A stretch of DNA of 64,000 nt from a virus: positions 71,791 to 135,790 of the IMG/VR virus record IMGVR_UViG_3300031957_002411, one strand, 5' to 3'. A program made the translations under genes and the position numbers. Below, in pieces: positions 11,101-20,015 of this stretch. Under the pieces are notes generated by a model. That model was not told where the DNA came from, ran no database searches, and was given only the letters and a program-made list of their open reading frames with translations. Every line of letters begins with the position of its first letter. Positions within the stretch are counted from its first letter, which is position 1.

Positions 11101-14100
11101 TCCATATGCATTTTTTAATTCAATAGAACCTTTCAAATCTGAGTATGCAAACATTTCAGTAGACGGAGTGGTGCTTCCCTGTAGCGTAACTCCATTTGGA
11201 AGTCTAAAGTCTGTTACATCTGCGTACTTACCTCTAGCTTCTAATAATAAAGGTTTAATATTTATACCTAAACTATTTGCAATTTTCTCAACAGCTCGTA
11301 TCCTATCAATACTAACTGATGATTCATTGCTACTACTACGACCTAAAGTAATATATAATTTTTTATTATTTGTTGAAAGCCATTCTTTAATAAATCCCAT
11401 CTCTCTGTTAAACACTGTATCACTTATGGGATCACCATTATCGTCTAGCAGTGTCGGATTAGCAATCCAAGCAGCTTGATAATGATCGTTGTCTACATAA
11501 AATTTAAATGTTGTAATAGTATCTAATTTTCCGTCAGAAGGTATAGAGGCTTCAAGTAAAGCATCTAAGATAGACTCTTCTCTAGCTTCAAAGAATGAGT
11601 CAGTTCCTGTCCAATCAGCAATGAAAGCGAAGTCTTTTAGTCTCTCTGTTTCACTTCCAACCTCGTAAAGAAGATTGTCATAGAATAAAACATGTCTATC
11701 GTCACGACCACTAAATATAAATGATCTTAGCTCTGTCTCAGTAGTGCCAATTAATATTACCTCTGACGAGCTTTCTGCATATTTTTCTTTAGCAGTTATT
11801 ACCAAAGGCTGGATATTAACAGATGACCTCTTCTGTTCTTTTTCTGGATTGGATTCCCCTCTTAGAATATTAGTTTTATTAAACGATTGATCTGGAGTAG
11901 TTATAAATTTACTAGGACTTGAAGTAGGCTGTATATTTAAATTAATACGCTTGTAATTATTTGAGTCAGCTGACCAGTAAAAAGCAGCCTCTTCAAAGGG
12001 ATCATCTCCAAACACATCTTCAGATATAATTTCAGTACCCATTATATCTTCAATAATTATTTCATCTGGTGTAGCTGGTGTCACCTTCTCAAAACTAACA
12101 TGTTCTGAAGCCACCATCAGAGGAATTGGCTCATAATTTATTAAAGTAGGAAATACTGGACAATCACCTTCACCAAGGCAACATCCATAATCAAGTTCAT
12201 TAACAGTTCCAAACGCAAAAGCTAGATTAACTGGATATATGATAACTCCAAGACCTCTTGGGTCTTCACAAAAGTCATTCCATTCTGCTCTAAGGTCTCC
12301 ACCGTGTTGAGGTATCATATTACATCTACTGTTTAGATCTGCATAACTTGGAAAATCTCCTATTTCTGGAATGCCAAGAATATTCTTTCTTTCTTCACAA
12401 GTATATGCTTCGTATATACCGGGGTAATTTAGTTTTATATCACCCACGCCTGATGCGTAAAGATCAGTACTAAGAACATAAGTTGATGTAGTATTTCTAG
12501 GAACAAAGGATGGTATTACATTTGGTTCATTTTCATTGAATTCTTGGTCATCAAGTCTATTCGACCCAATCATAGATTCAAACGAATTTCTAGCAGGAAC
12601 AATCGTCATTCTAGAATCTAATCGTTGAAGAATCTTATTTATTATTGCAGTGCCTTCTGCGTAAATCCCATTACCTTCAAATCTAGGATCATCAGCGACA
12701 AGAACTAAATGTCTATCACCAAGACCCAACCAATCTTGTATGTTGTCTAAAACTTCATCACTTAGTGCATCTATTTCTGGAGTTATTATAAATGCTAATC
12801 CTGCGTCATTAGGAATGTCAACTTCACTCTCTGGCAGTCTAGTAAATGTTTTGGAATTTGAAGCAAAAATCTGCGACATGTGATCAAACAGATTAGCACC
12901 TTGTGATTCAATATTTACAGATCTATGTTTGTTACCAAACAAAGTAAACTCTACAGCTTTATTGTTGTGCGGATAGTATCTTCTAGATTCAAAAACAGTT
13001 ACAGAACCAGCATTAACACTATTGTACCATTGACTTTTAATATGTGTTACGTGATTGTAGTTAGTTTGTGGCCTCCACCATAGATCAATTAATCTAAGTG
13101 GATCGCCAGTACCTATGTCGTCATGTAAAACGCTATCAGTTGGCGCACCAGCTGCTACTATACTACCATCCTCGTTAACTGCAACACTGTAGCCTAGCCT
13201 TGGAGTAGGAGCAAACTTATTAAACAACCAGCTCCATTCACCTCCCGGTTTTATTTCTGAATACTTATATTCTTTTATTAAATCATAACAATGTATATTA
13301 TTATCTCTACGTAACTGCAATTTACCACTTGGTGTTAATTCATCATACACAGCATTGTCAGCAACACTATTACTACCTGCCTCGCTTTGAAGACTTTGCC
13401 ACCTTCTAAGCATGGTTCTCAAGTATCCCGTTGGATTGTCATTAGACCCAACATCAGAAAGCCAACTACCCACATAAGGTCTTGGATCTACGTAATTTTT
13501 TTGCCATATTTGAACTGCTTCATTAATATAAGGAGAGCCAATAGCAATAACATTTGCATCATCACTAATTGCAACAGCGTGTCCAAATCTATCTACCGTA
13601 TTATTATTTAATGTTGTTGGAGAATAAATCTCATCTATGATATTCCATCCAGAAACTCCATCATTATTTTCTTCTTCAAAAACAACAACTACACCACCAC
13701 TAGGTGGAGCTACATTGAATGTAGCAGCATCAACGTCGAAGTTACCTATAAAGTTAGCAAACAATTCAAAATCTCTAGAATTTTTCATTCTATCTAAATC
13801 TAAAGTTTGACGCAACAATTCATTGGAAAGATCTATCCACCTTTCTCCTCCAAGCTCTCTATTTGTAAACTCAGTTGTAGCTCCAGATCTAGGAGTTCCA
13901 CCTATGTCTGTCACACCACTAGCAAGAGAGTATTCTGCATACCAATCTTTAAATCTATCGAATGAAGCACCTAGTTTTCCTGCTCCCATAGAAAAGCTAT
14001 CATCAATAATAGCAGAAACAATTACAGGTATATTATTGTTTGGTTTTGTTGCATCATACTTGAATACGCCACTCTCTGCACCGTGGAAGATTTGTTTTAG

Positions 14101-17100
14101 TTGTTCAAGCATTTTGTCATCTGTAGCTTGCCATCCACCAGTTTGATTGTTATCAGTTCGTTTGTGATTATTAATCTCAAACTTGAACACTGTTCCATCT
14201 GCTTCTGGATCTATAAATTCGTTAGGATCTGCATTAGCGTCATCCAAAACAGGCTCAACTACAATAATCTTAGGATCTATTTTAACAGCAGGATCACAAT
14301 AGAACTTATATAGTAAATCATGTTCTTCAATGACAGATAGAACATCACGCCATGTTTGCGTAATAGGATGTCCACCCGGACCACGGAATGTGCGCTCTTG
14401 CACAAATGGAGATGTAAAGACAAACAGGGCTACTTGTAAAGAATCTGGAACTGGGTCATCAAATCTTCTAGACCACTTACCGTTTGGCGCACCTGCAACA
14501 ATAATAGGACTGTTTCCAGAGCTAGACATGTCTAATGAATATCCTAGATTTCTACCTTCTTGGTTAAGCGTCCAGTTAGTCTGTATAGCAGCGAATGGAA
14601 GATCCCTCTGATTGGCTGTCCCTTCATTCAATCTAGTAATGACGGATCTTGTCTTGCTATCTCTTCTCATTCCCTCTGGATAAGCCAGTTCTGTTACTAG
14701 AGAGAATCCAGATTTATCATCTTGCTCAGACCAATCAAAGCCGGTAGGTGCAGGATTTCTTTTGTACACAAATACTGAACCAGCTTCTCCAAGAGAATAC
14801 GATCCAGTGAAATCGTGTACTTCACGATATGGCGCACCCACAAGTAAGTAGTTGCCCTTTGCTTTAACGGATGCTCCATATTCGTCACTGTAATCTCGAC
14901 CAGAAGCTTCAGGAGTACTAACAACGCCAGAAGCTCCAGATATACCATCAGCAATTAACTTGATACCAGAGAAATTAACTTCATCATTAAACCCATACTC
15001 TATGCTCATTGATGCTGGAACACTTTTTCTGTCAGTGCCTCCAGACTTACCAAATATAGTCATTTCATAAGGAGAGTCAGGCACAAGTCCAGTATATTTT
15101 CTGATTCCATAGAAGTGACCACTGTATCCTACATCTGTTTTAAAGCCACTAGTAGCTAGATTAGTATACAATCGTTTAGGTCTAAATATTCCAGCTTCTA
15201 CACAATCATCACCAAATGTTTCTCCGTGGATAGTAATTGGAGTCTCAGTTGCTCTTTCAAAATTGAAGTCACAGCTGCCAAATGCTGTCAAATCAACACC
15301 ACGTATTTCATCATTGGCTTCTAAATATGAATAATCAGTTTCATTTGCTAGAATACCTGTTCCAACATTTTCATTAGTCCAGTTGATGAAGTTGGAAGCA
15401 TTGTCTGTATTCGCCAAGAATGCGTAACTCATAGTTACAAGGTTTAGATTAGAAACTCCAGAAGGCACAACTCTAGAACCAATTACAAACAGAGGCATTT
15501 GATCTATATTTGTATCTTGTACTGGCTGTACTGTATTCTCAGTATACAGATTCATTAACTGTGTATCTGTAGTAGGATCTGGAATTGTACCATGTACGAA
15601 TAAAGATTGTTGTTGATCTGTTTCGATCACGCCATCAGAGAATGAAAATAAACCTATACTACCAGATGGTGGCAGTGGTGTGATGTCCGTAGTGACAAAT
15701 AAATTCATCTCAGAACGAGCATCCAACTCTATCTTACCACCAACAAAAAGACTAATAGCAGGATTATGAGTTTGTATATGTGGCTCATGACCAAATAATT
15801 CACCAATAGAACCAAAAGAATTTAGACTTGGATCAAATGTTATACTTCCCTCGATGGTGCTAGTCACTAATGTCAAAGGTGGAATACTACCATTTATAGG
15901 ATCGAGCGATACAATATTTGTACCAGAAGTGTAAAGATTAGCACTTCCACTAGCTACAGGAACAGCTTCACCGCTTGTGTATAGATTAAAGTTTCCAGAG
16001 TCTATGACATGACTATTTACAAAGAACTCTATAGCTTGATTACGAATAGTGCGACCGTCAACATAGAAAGTAAATCCAGATTCAGGGATTATTATTCCAG
16101 AAGCCAAAGCCTCTTCAGCTCTAAGATTTACAGCATGTAATTTAAGATTAGATCTAAATGATGTGCCAGATGGATATGCTAAGTCATACTGAACAAACAT
16201 TTCATCTAAATCAAAATTGTAATATGCTTCAGTCTTTTCTCTATCAATTACATCGCTGTTGAAGTCAGCCCAAGGTTCTGAGTTGTCAATAAAATCTTCA
16301 TAAGTGAAAGTACTGCTCAACTTTTGCCAGCAACCACTCTGCTCTAAGTAGTGTGCCTTACGATTTACTAAGCCATAATTACTTCTTTCAAGCTCACTGG
16401 TGTCGTTATATTGTGGCGCATAAAGGCTAACAATTAACTTAGGACCAGTTGTTCCATCTGACCATGTAACATTATTATCAATGTCATGTTCCATTATGGT
16501 GTCAACAACTAATCCTCTTTGTGTAAAATCGTAACCTCTCGGTAAAGATTTAGATATTCTAGGTGTGACTGCGTAAAATCTATCACTATTGTCATCTCTT
16601 GGCACACTAAGATTAAATCTTAACATGTCATTTTCTATCTGAGAATGATAAGCTAAACCTGATACATTTATAGAGCCACTTGGTAAAGCAGTATCAGTCC
16701 TTTGAGTATAACCACTACCATCATGAGATAGGTTAAAGATAACAAAATCCTTGCCTACTCTTGTTGTAAATCTATCAAACTCATGATTAAATTGACAAAT
16801 CTTAAAGTCACCCAAGTGCCACTTTTCAGTTTCATCGTTTACATATTCCCAGAAATTGTATTGTCGTTTATCGTAAGTAAGACTGCCACTATCAAATGGT
16901 ACTTTAAGAGTCCTGAAGTAACCAGAGGCAGAGGTTTGCTGCATTACTCTAGATTGCTCAGACGGAATCAATCCTTGAACAATATTAGCACCACTAGCAT
17001 TAAATCCACCTAAACCTATGTCTGTTATAAATGCGTTAATACCTATACCAGAACCATAAGAGTGACCAGCAATGATGTCGCTATTGCCTGATTGCATGAC

Positions 17101-20013
17101 AAAGGTATTAGATCTTGCTCTAAATATATTATCTCTAGAGGAATCATCATCAGTATATAATTTAAGATAACGACTATCATTATCATTATAAGTTAGTAGT
17201 ACGCTAAGTGGATAACTATACTTACTATACAATTTTGTATCAAAGACAGAGTTAATACTACCATCAGTGGCTCTAGCATATCCAGCAAGATATCCACCAC
17301 TGTAACCAAGAGCAAATTCAAGTTCTTCTCCACTATCCCATTTGGATAACAGCACCCCAGAATCCCAAAGGTTGTAAGAGCTTCCACTAATACTTATGTC
17401 AGGAGAAAATCTAACATAGGCCGAGAAACCTCCAGAAACTGGGATGCCGCTTCCAAAATTAATATTACCATCTACTCCAGATACTCTAATAGCTTTATTG
17501 AATGAATCAGAGATTCTACCTTTAAGTTCATGGTCTGATTGCACCCAATCAAGAGTTTTATATGATCGTTGCGAAGTATCAAAAATGCCACTACTGTTAA
17601 ATCTAAGACCAATGTTTTCTACTATGCTGGCGTTTGCGTCAGAGTTAAAGAAACCACTAGCTGCCGCAGCAGCAAAAGCACCTATTGGGTTAGACAAAAC
17701 AAAATTATCTTGAACGCGAGTGAAATCATAGAAGCCACTCATGAACGGAGTTTCTAGTTCTGGATTATAAAATCCATAGCCAAACTGAACTGGGTTGAAT
17801 GGACCATTTACAATCTCACCATCAACGCCTCTCCATCTTCTTGAATAATTTGTTTTAAGTGTTGATTCTTTATCTAATTCTTTATATCCATGAGGTATAT
17901 TTTCTATCAAAGATGAATCTACAACTGTGATGTCTGAATTAATGTTTGTTGGAAAATCAGAAGAACCTGAAGGTAGAGCAAAGAACTCTGATCTGTGGAA
18001 TGGCCTATTGTTATCTTGATGACCAACAACATGGAGAGGGAAAGCGTTGGAAGGCTTATAAGTAAATGATAAATATGCATGTGCAATTGCAGCGCCGCTG
18101 GGGAATGGGAATATATCAAGATATAAATGTTCAAAGTAACTACTATCATTGTATGTAGTACTAGCACCTAGATCAACATCATCTTCATATATTTTTAGAG
18201 GTATTGTATACTCTGCAAATTCTGTGCTATTTATAACAGGGCTTGTTGGAAGAGAATAATGATCACCACCTTCATTGTTAGTTCCAGATGTTGCGAAGTA
18301 ACTAAACTTATCAGAGAAAGTTTCTGTAGATATTCCAAGATCGTCAATCCCACCAAACCCAGACTCAACTGGCATTACACCAATGCCAGAAGGATGCTCA
18401 CCAGAAGCATTCTGTAGGAATCCACCTATCTTTGGAGTTATGTGGAAAAGTTTGTCATCGCTATATCCCACAACGTCTACAACAAAATCTCTAGTTCCAA
18501 TTGCTTTTTTAGCTATTATCTTAAGTTCTATATCTTCTATTTGGAAGAAAGAATCTACTTCAGCAAAGTTTTTGCTTTGAGCTGTTTTCAACCCAAATCC
18601 AAACTGTCTGTCAAATTCACCATCTCTCAAGCCAAAGACAGAAGTTGGTGGTTCATGACCAAACTTTAATTTAAGTTTACCTGAGTCAGCAACGTCAGAT
18701 GTCGATACTAACTCAATAAATCTACCTTGATCGCTTGACCTTAAGGATTGAGTAATTTCATTCTCAACCTCATAATTAAATACATTACTATCATTCTTCC
18801 AAACTGAATTTTCACCAGATGGGTAAATAGTAGTATCATAATTGTAAGCTAATACTTGAGATGGTAATATCTCTCTTACTGAACGTAATCCTGTTTCTTG
18901 TGATTTTATGTATACTCCAAGATCGCCATTATCTATAATTCCAGACACACCTAAAGCACCACCGCTTGCCATGATTTCTATGGCTGCTATATTCAAAGTA
19001 TCATGAACATTTACGCCAGTTGGAATGCAGCTCTGGTCGTAGCCAATACTAAAGCCTTCAGTGAATGAGTCGTCATCTGGTCTGCATTGTACATCTATAT
19101 CTAAATTTAATGTATAACCATTACTCATATTGAGTATGGGATAATTAGCGTTAGATGTTAGCAACTTTGCATTATTAGTTTCAGCTTCAGATATATATGT
19201 TACATAATTTTTGTAATCACTATTGTCAGTATCAGCGTCACCTATGATATCAAAATCTTTATACTTAGTAATGAGATTGCCAGAGGGATCTTCTAATCTA
19301 AGATTTGAAAGTGTGTACTTTGGTGGCACATTAGAAGAAGATGAATTGAGTGGCGCTATAGCTCTAATAATTAAGAAGCTATCACGCATAGCAGGATATG
19401 GAGGATCTACAAAACATTTGAATTTAAATGTTGTTTGTTCAGAAAGATCTCCACTTATAGCGATATTTTGGTTTTCATTTGCTACCAAGAAACTTTGTTT
19501 GAAATTGCCGGTAAATACACCTTCGTCAATATAATCTATTTTACTATCAGTATCTGTAATATCGGTGTGATTAAGAGTTTTAATAATAGTATTATTACCA
19601 CTATCAAGAATTAAATCACCACTGGGATATATCTTTTTAGTAGATATAAAATCATCTAAGCTTAATAGAGAACTATAATTACCTGCAAGTTTATCGACCG
19701 TGCCAGTTTTAATACTACCTGTACCAATAGTACGAGCTATAATGTTTCCTTCAATTAAATCAATAGTAGCATTAACAAATGCGTTTTTAGATGTATTGTC
19801 TGTTGGTTGTGCGCTTATTGATAGAGATGGCTTTTTTATACTTGATATGCTTTCAAATCTATGTATAAAACTATGAAAAGTTGTAGAACCTAATAAGGAT
19901 GTTTCTGTATTCAAATTTGTTAGCGCATTACCTTGAACAGATATCCCAGACAATAGCTTACTAGAGCCAGAAGGTCTACCTGTCATTTTAGCGCTGCAAA
20001 AAAAATCACTCAT
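8128..20013 (-). CDS. Giant 3961-aa adhesin-like virion protein with LamG-like segment and seven FG-GAP beta-propeller blades
   Basis: Blades YGASVKAKGNYLLVGAP, LGYSLDMS..IVAGAP, FGHAVAISDDANVIAIGSP, LGYSVAVNEDGSIVAAGAP, FGYSVAIRDNKLVVGSP, FGYSVDFRDDVLAVGAP, FGKALSVS..FAVGSP; LamG-like 'FSAYVRF...LLSKWD...EFALGY'; directly follows tape measure. Confidence 0.7.
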   Translation of the reverse strand: MSDFFCSAKMTGRPSGSSKLLSGISVQGNALTNLNTETSLLGSTTFHSFIHRFESISSIKKPSLSISAQPTDNTSKNAFVNATIDLIEGNIIARTIGTGSIKTGTVDKLAGNYSSLLSLDDFISTKKIYPSGDLILDSGNNTIIKTLNHTDITDTDSKIDYIDEGVFTGNFKQSFLVANENQNIAISGDLSEQTTFKFKCFVDPPYPAMRDSFLIIRAIAPLNSSSSNVPPKYTLSNLRLEDPSGNLITKYKDFDIIGDADTDNSDYKNYVTYISEAETNNAKLLTSNANYPILNMSNGYTLNLDIDVQCRPDDDSFTEGFSIGYDQSCIPTGVNVHDTLNIAAIEIMASGGALGVSGIIDNGDLGVYIKSQETGLRSVREILPSQVLAYNYDTTIYPSGENSVWKNDSNVFNYEVENEITQSLRSSDQGRFIELVSTSDVADSGKLKLKFGHEPPTSVFGLRDGEFDRQFGFGLKTAQSKNFAEVDSFFQIEDIELKIIAKKAIGTRDFVVDVVGYSDDKLFHITPKIGGFLQNASGEHPSGIGVMPVESGFGGIDDLGISTETFSDKFSYFATSGTNNEGGDHYSLPTSPVINSTEFAEYTIPLKIYEDDVDLGASTTYNDSSYFEHLYLDIFPFPSGAAIAHAYLSFTYKPSNAFPLHVVGHQDNNRPFHRSEFFALPSGSSDFPTNINSDITVVDSSLIENIPHGYKELDKESTLKTNYSRRWRGVDGEIVNGPFNPVQFGYGFYNPELETPFMSGFYDFTRVQDNFVLSNPIGAFAAAAASGFFNSDANASIVENIGLRFNSSGIFDTSQRSYKTLDWVQSDHELKGRISDSFNKAIRVSGVDGNINFGSGIPVSGGFSAYVRFSPDISISGSSYNLWDSGVLLSKWDSGEELEFALGYSGGYLAGYARATDGSINSVFDTKLYSKYSYPLSVLLTYNDNDSRYLKLYTDDDSSRDNIFRARSNTFVMQSGNSDIIAGHSYGSGIGINAFITDIGLGGFNASGANIVQGLIPSEQSRVMQQTSASGYFRTLKVPFDSGSLTYDKRQYNFWEYVNDETEKWHLGDFKICQFNHEFDRFTTRVGKDFVIFNLSHDGSGYTQRTDTALPSGSINVSGLAYHSQIENDMLRFNLSVPRDDNSDRFYAVTPRISKSLPRGYDFTQRGLVVDTIMEHDIDNNVTWSDGTTGPKLIVSLYAPQYNDTSELERSNYGLVNRKAHYLEQSGCWQKLSSTFTYEDFIDNSEPWADFNSDVIDREKTEAYYNFDLDEMFVQYDLAYPSGTSFRSNLKLHAVNLRAEEALASGIIIPESGFTFYVDGRTIRNQAIEFFVNSHVIDSGNFNLYTSGEAVPVASGSANLYTSGTNIVSLDPINGSIPPLTLVTSTIEGSITFDPSLNSFGSIGELFGHEPHIQTHNPAISLFVGGKIELDARSEMNLFVTTDITPLPPSGSIGLFSFSDGVIETDQQQSLFVHGTIPDPTTDTQLMNLYTENTVQPVQDTNIDQMPLFVIGSRVVPSGVSNLNLVTMSYAFLANTDNASNFINWTNENVGTGILANETDYSYLEANDEIRGVDLTAFGSCDFNFERATETPITIHGETFGDDCVEAGIFRPKRLYTNLATSGFKTDVGYSGHFYGIRKYTGLVPDSPYEMTIFGKSGGTDRKSVPASMSIEYGFNDEVNFSGIKLIADGISGASGVVSTPEASGRDYSDEYGASVKAKGNYLLVGAPYREVHDFTGSYSLGEAGSVFVYKRNPAPTGFDWSEQDDKSGFSLVTELAYPEGMRRDSKTRSVITRLNEGTANQRDLPFAAIQTNWTLNQEGRNLGYSLDMSSSGNSPIIVAGAPNGKWSRRFDDPVPDSLQVALFVFTSPFVQERTFRGPGGHPITQTWRDVLSVIEEHDLLYKFYCDPAVKIDPKIIVVEPVLDDANADPNEFIDPEADGTVFKFEINNHKRTDNNQTGGWQATDDKMLEQLKQIFHGAESGVFKYDATKPNNNIPVIVSAIIDDSFSMGAGKLGASFDRFKDWYAEYSLASGVTDIGGTPRSGATTEFTNRELGGERWIDLSNELLRQTLDLDRMKNSRDFELFANFIGNFDVDAATFNVAPPSGGVVVVFEEENNDGVSGWNIIDEIYSPTTLNNNTVDRFGHAVAISDDANVIAIGSPYINEAVQIWQKNYVDPRPYVGSWLSDVGSNDNPTGYLRTMLRRWQSLQSEAGSNSVADNAVYDELTPSGKLQLRRDNNIHCYDLIKEYKYSEIKPGGEWSWLFNKFAPTPRLGYSVAVNEDGSIVAAGAPTDSVLHDDIGTGDPLRLIDLWWRPQTNYNHVTHIKSQWYNSVNAGSVTVFESRRYYPHNNKAVEFTLFGNKHRSVNIESQGANLFDHMSQIFASNSKTFTRLPESEVDIPNDAGLAFIITPEIDALSDEVLDNIQDWLGLGDRHLVLVADDPRFEGNGIYAEGTAIINKILQRLDSRMTIVPARNSFESMIGSNRLDDQEFNENEPNVIPSFVPRNTTSTYVLSTDLYASGVGDIKLNYPGIYEAYTCEERKNILGIPEIGDFPSYADLNSRCNMIPQHGGDLRAEWNDFCEDPRGLGVIIYPVNLAFAFGTVNELDYGCCLGEGDCPVFPTLINYEPIPLMVASEHVSFEKVTPATPDEIIIEDIMGTEIISEDVFGDDPFEEAAFYWSADSNNYKRINLNIQPTSSPSKFITTPDQSFNKTNILRGESNPEKEQKRSSVNIQPLVITAKEKYAESSSEVILIGTTETELRSFIFSGRDDRHVLFYDNLLYEVGSETERLKDFAFIADWTGTDSFFEAREESILDALLEASIPSDGKLDTITTFKFYVDNDHYQAAWIANPTLLDDNGDPISDTVFNREMGFIKEWLSTNNKKLYITLGRSSSNESSVSIDRIRAVEKIANSLGINIKPLLLEARGKYADVTDFRLPNGVTLQGSTTPSTEMFAYSDLKGSIELKNAYGRISNNTIAEIRDIPLGSLVCVDIRSGGTALLSSQSRNSNDIHNITDDFIEIIDVPYLKTGVASVTFPVLAGSGYRVFVDTISANFNEKLQTNFLISNCDRRYGAQASGSNVEIKDVIHIPGNPQHNEFRTVANDFIGARIHKTRSEQQKYDINAFTPRQREFQFDGSVNHESINIYIPSGDGTTAIDVNEITIYMDANKINYTLEQAQSLSFNPSTTRIVGISGALLPSDVKLTPVPVKVGEREIIIPGTPEVVTTVTESRPVSTNSMKYCPSTECSGIFIERNPDGLIDDGPVVAAQEVYHQRPFDVGVDKSRITVLTDASLIQGSRIANENGVIHDTVADFLNSLYPDTVFPDENQGNSYNVISRIKAPVQSSPQKLFNSTGNSGLMIRFAGDGTTPTSGLQMNNFMDDVDPAAERNGNVITILDIDIGESPLYILPTDLPPRPEQVPALKKAQIASFDQEQYIYGGTAKFSGIIDGTMYADAFYGQMPQLLKDKGYDYLDFDKLPSGYPGDLFGYSVAIRDNKLVVGSPFAAFSSETPTTWTAVSGNTPRYEAISGTITSYGGGAGSAFLYERGTRTLSDYGVVGGSSKSWNVVRKFRPTSINVGQDIFDVELASGSLHLGNHAYTSGELDHLTRVTDQFGYSVDFRDDVLAVGAPGHDFPNFEEMIFSRGGEASGAFNHKAFSASIDIPERNIYDMGESGVRHEYALGGSGVTAVLNNGAVFVYEDAVSDWDSRTKDWQLVQKLVPQGYNSRLQKTVSASGSENDYFGKALSVSRDKTSDSDYIFAVGSPHHKFATSGNHTTFTMGLDAGAAYVSDGILRVPDQTTANTGIFLQARIYSDSGIDRSQTSNVSDFIYLEVHNSGGLNTEHETSGVLYTNNEGEIFLEVSGQDPSQRGFVVHRPFIKEITGQRFRGVPIDNRNFTLYTSGRPPVASGSMNLFAEVAEGRVLSSGLGLYASNIPDMVSGVFSGSGFNLYSSGVTTTPSP

Positions 20014-20015
20014 TT

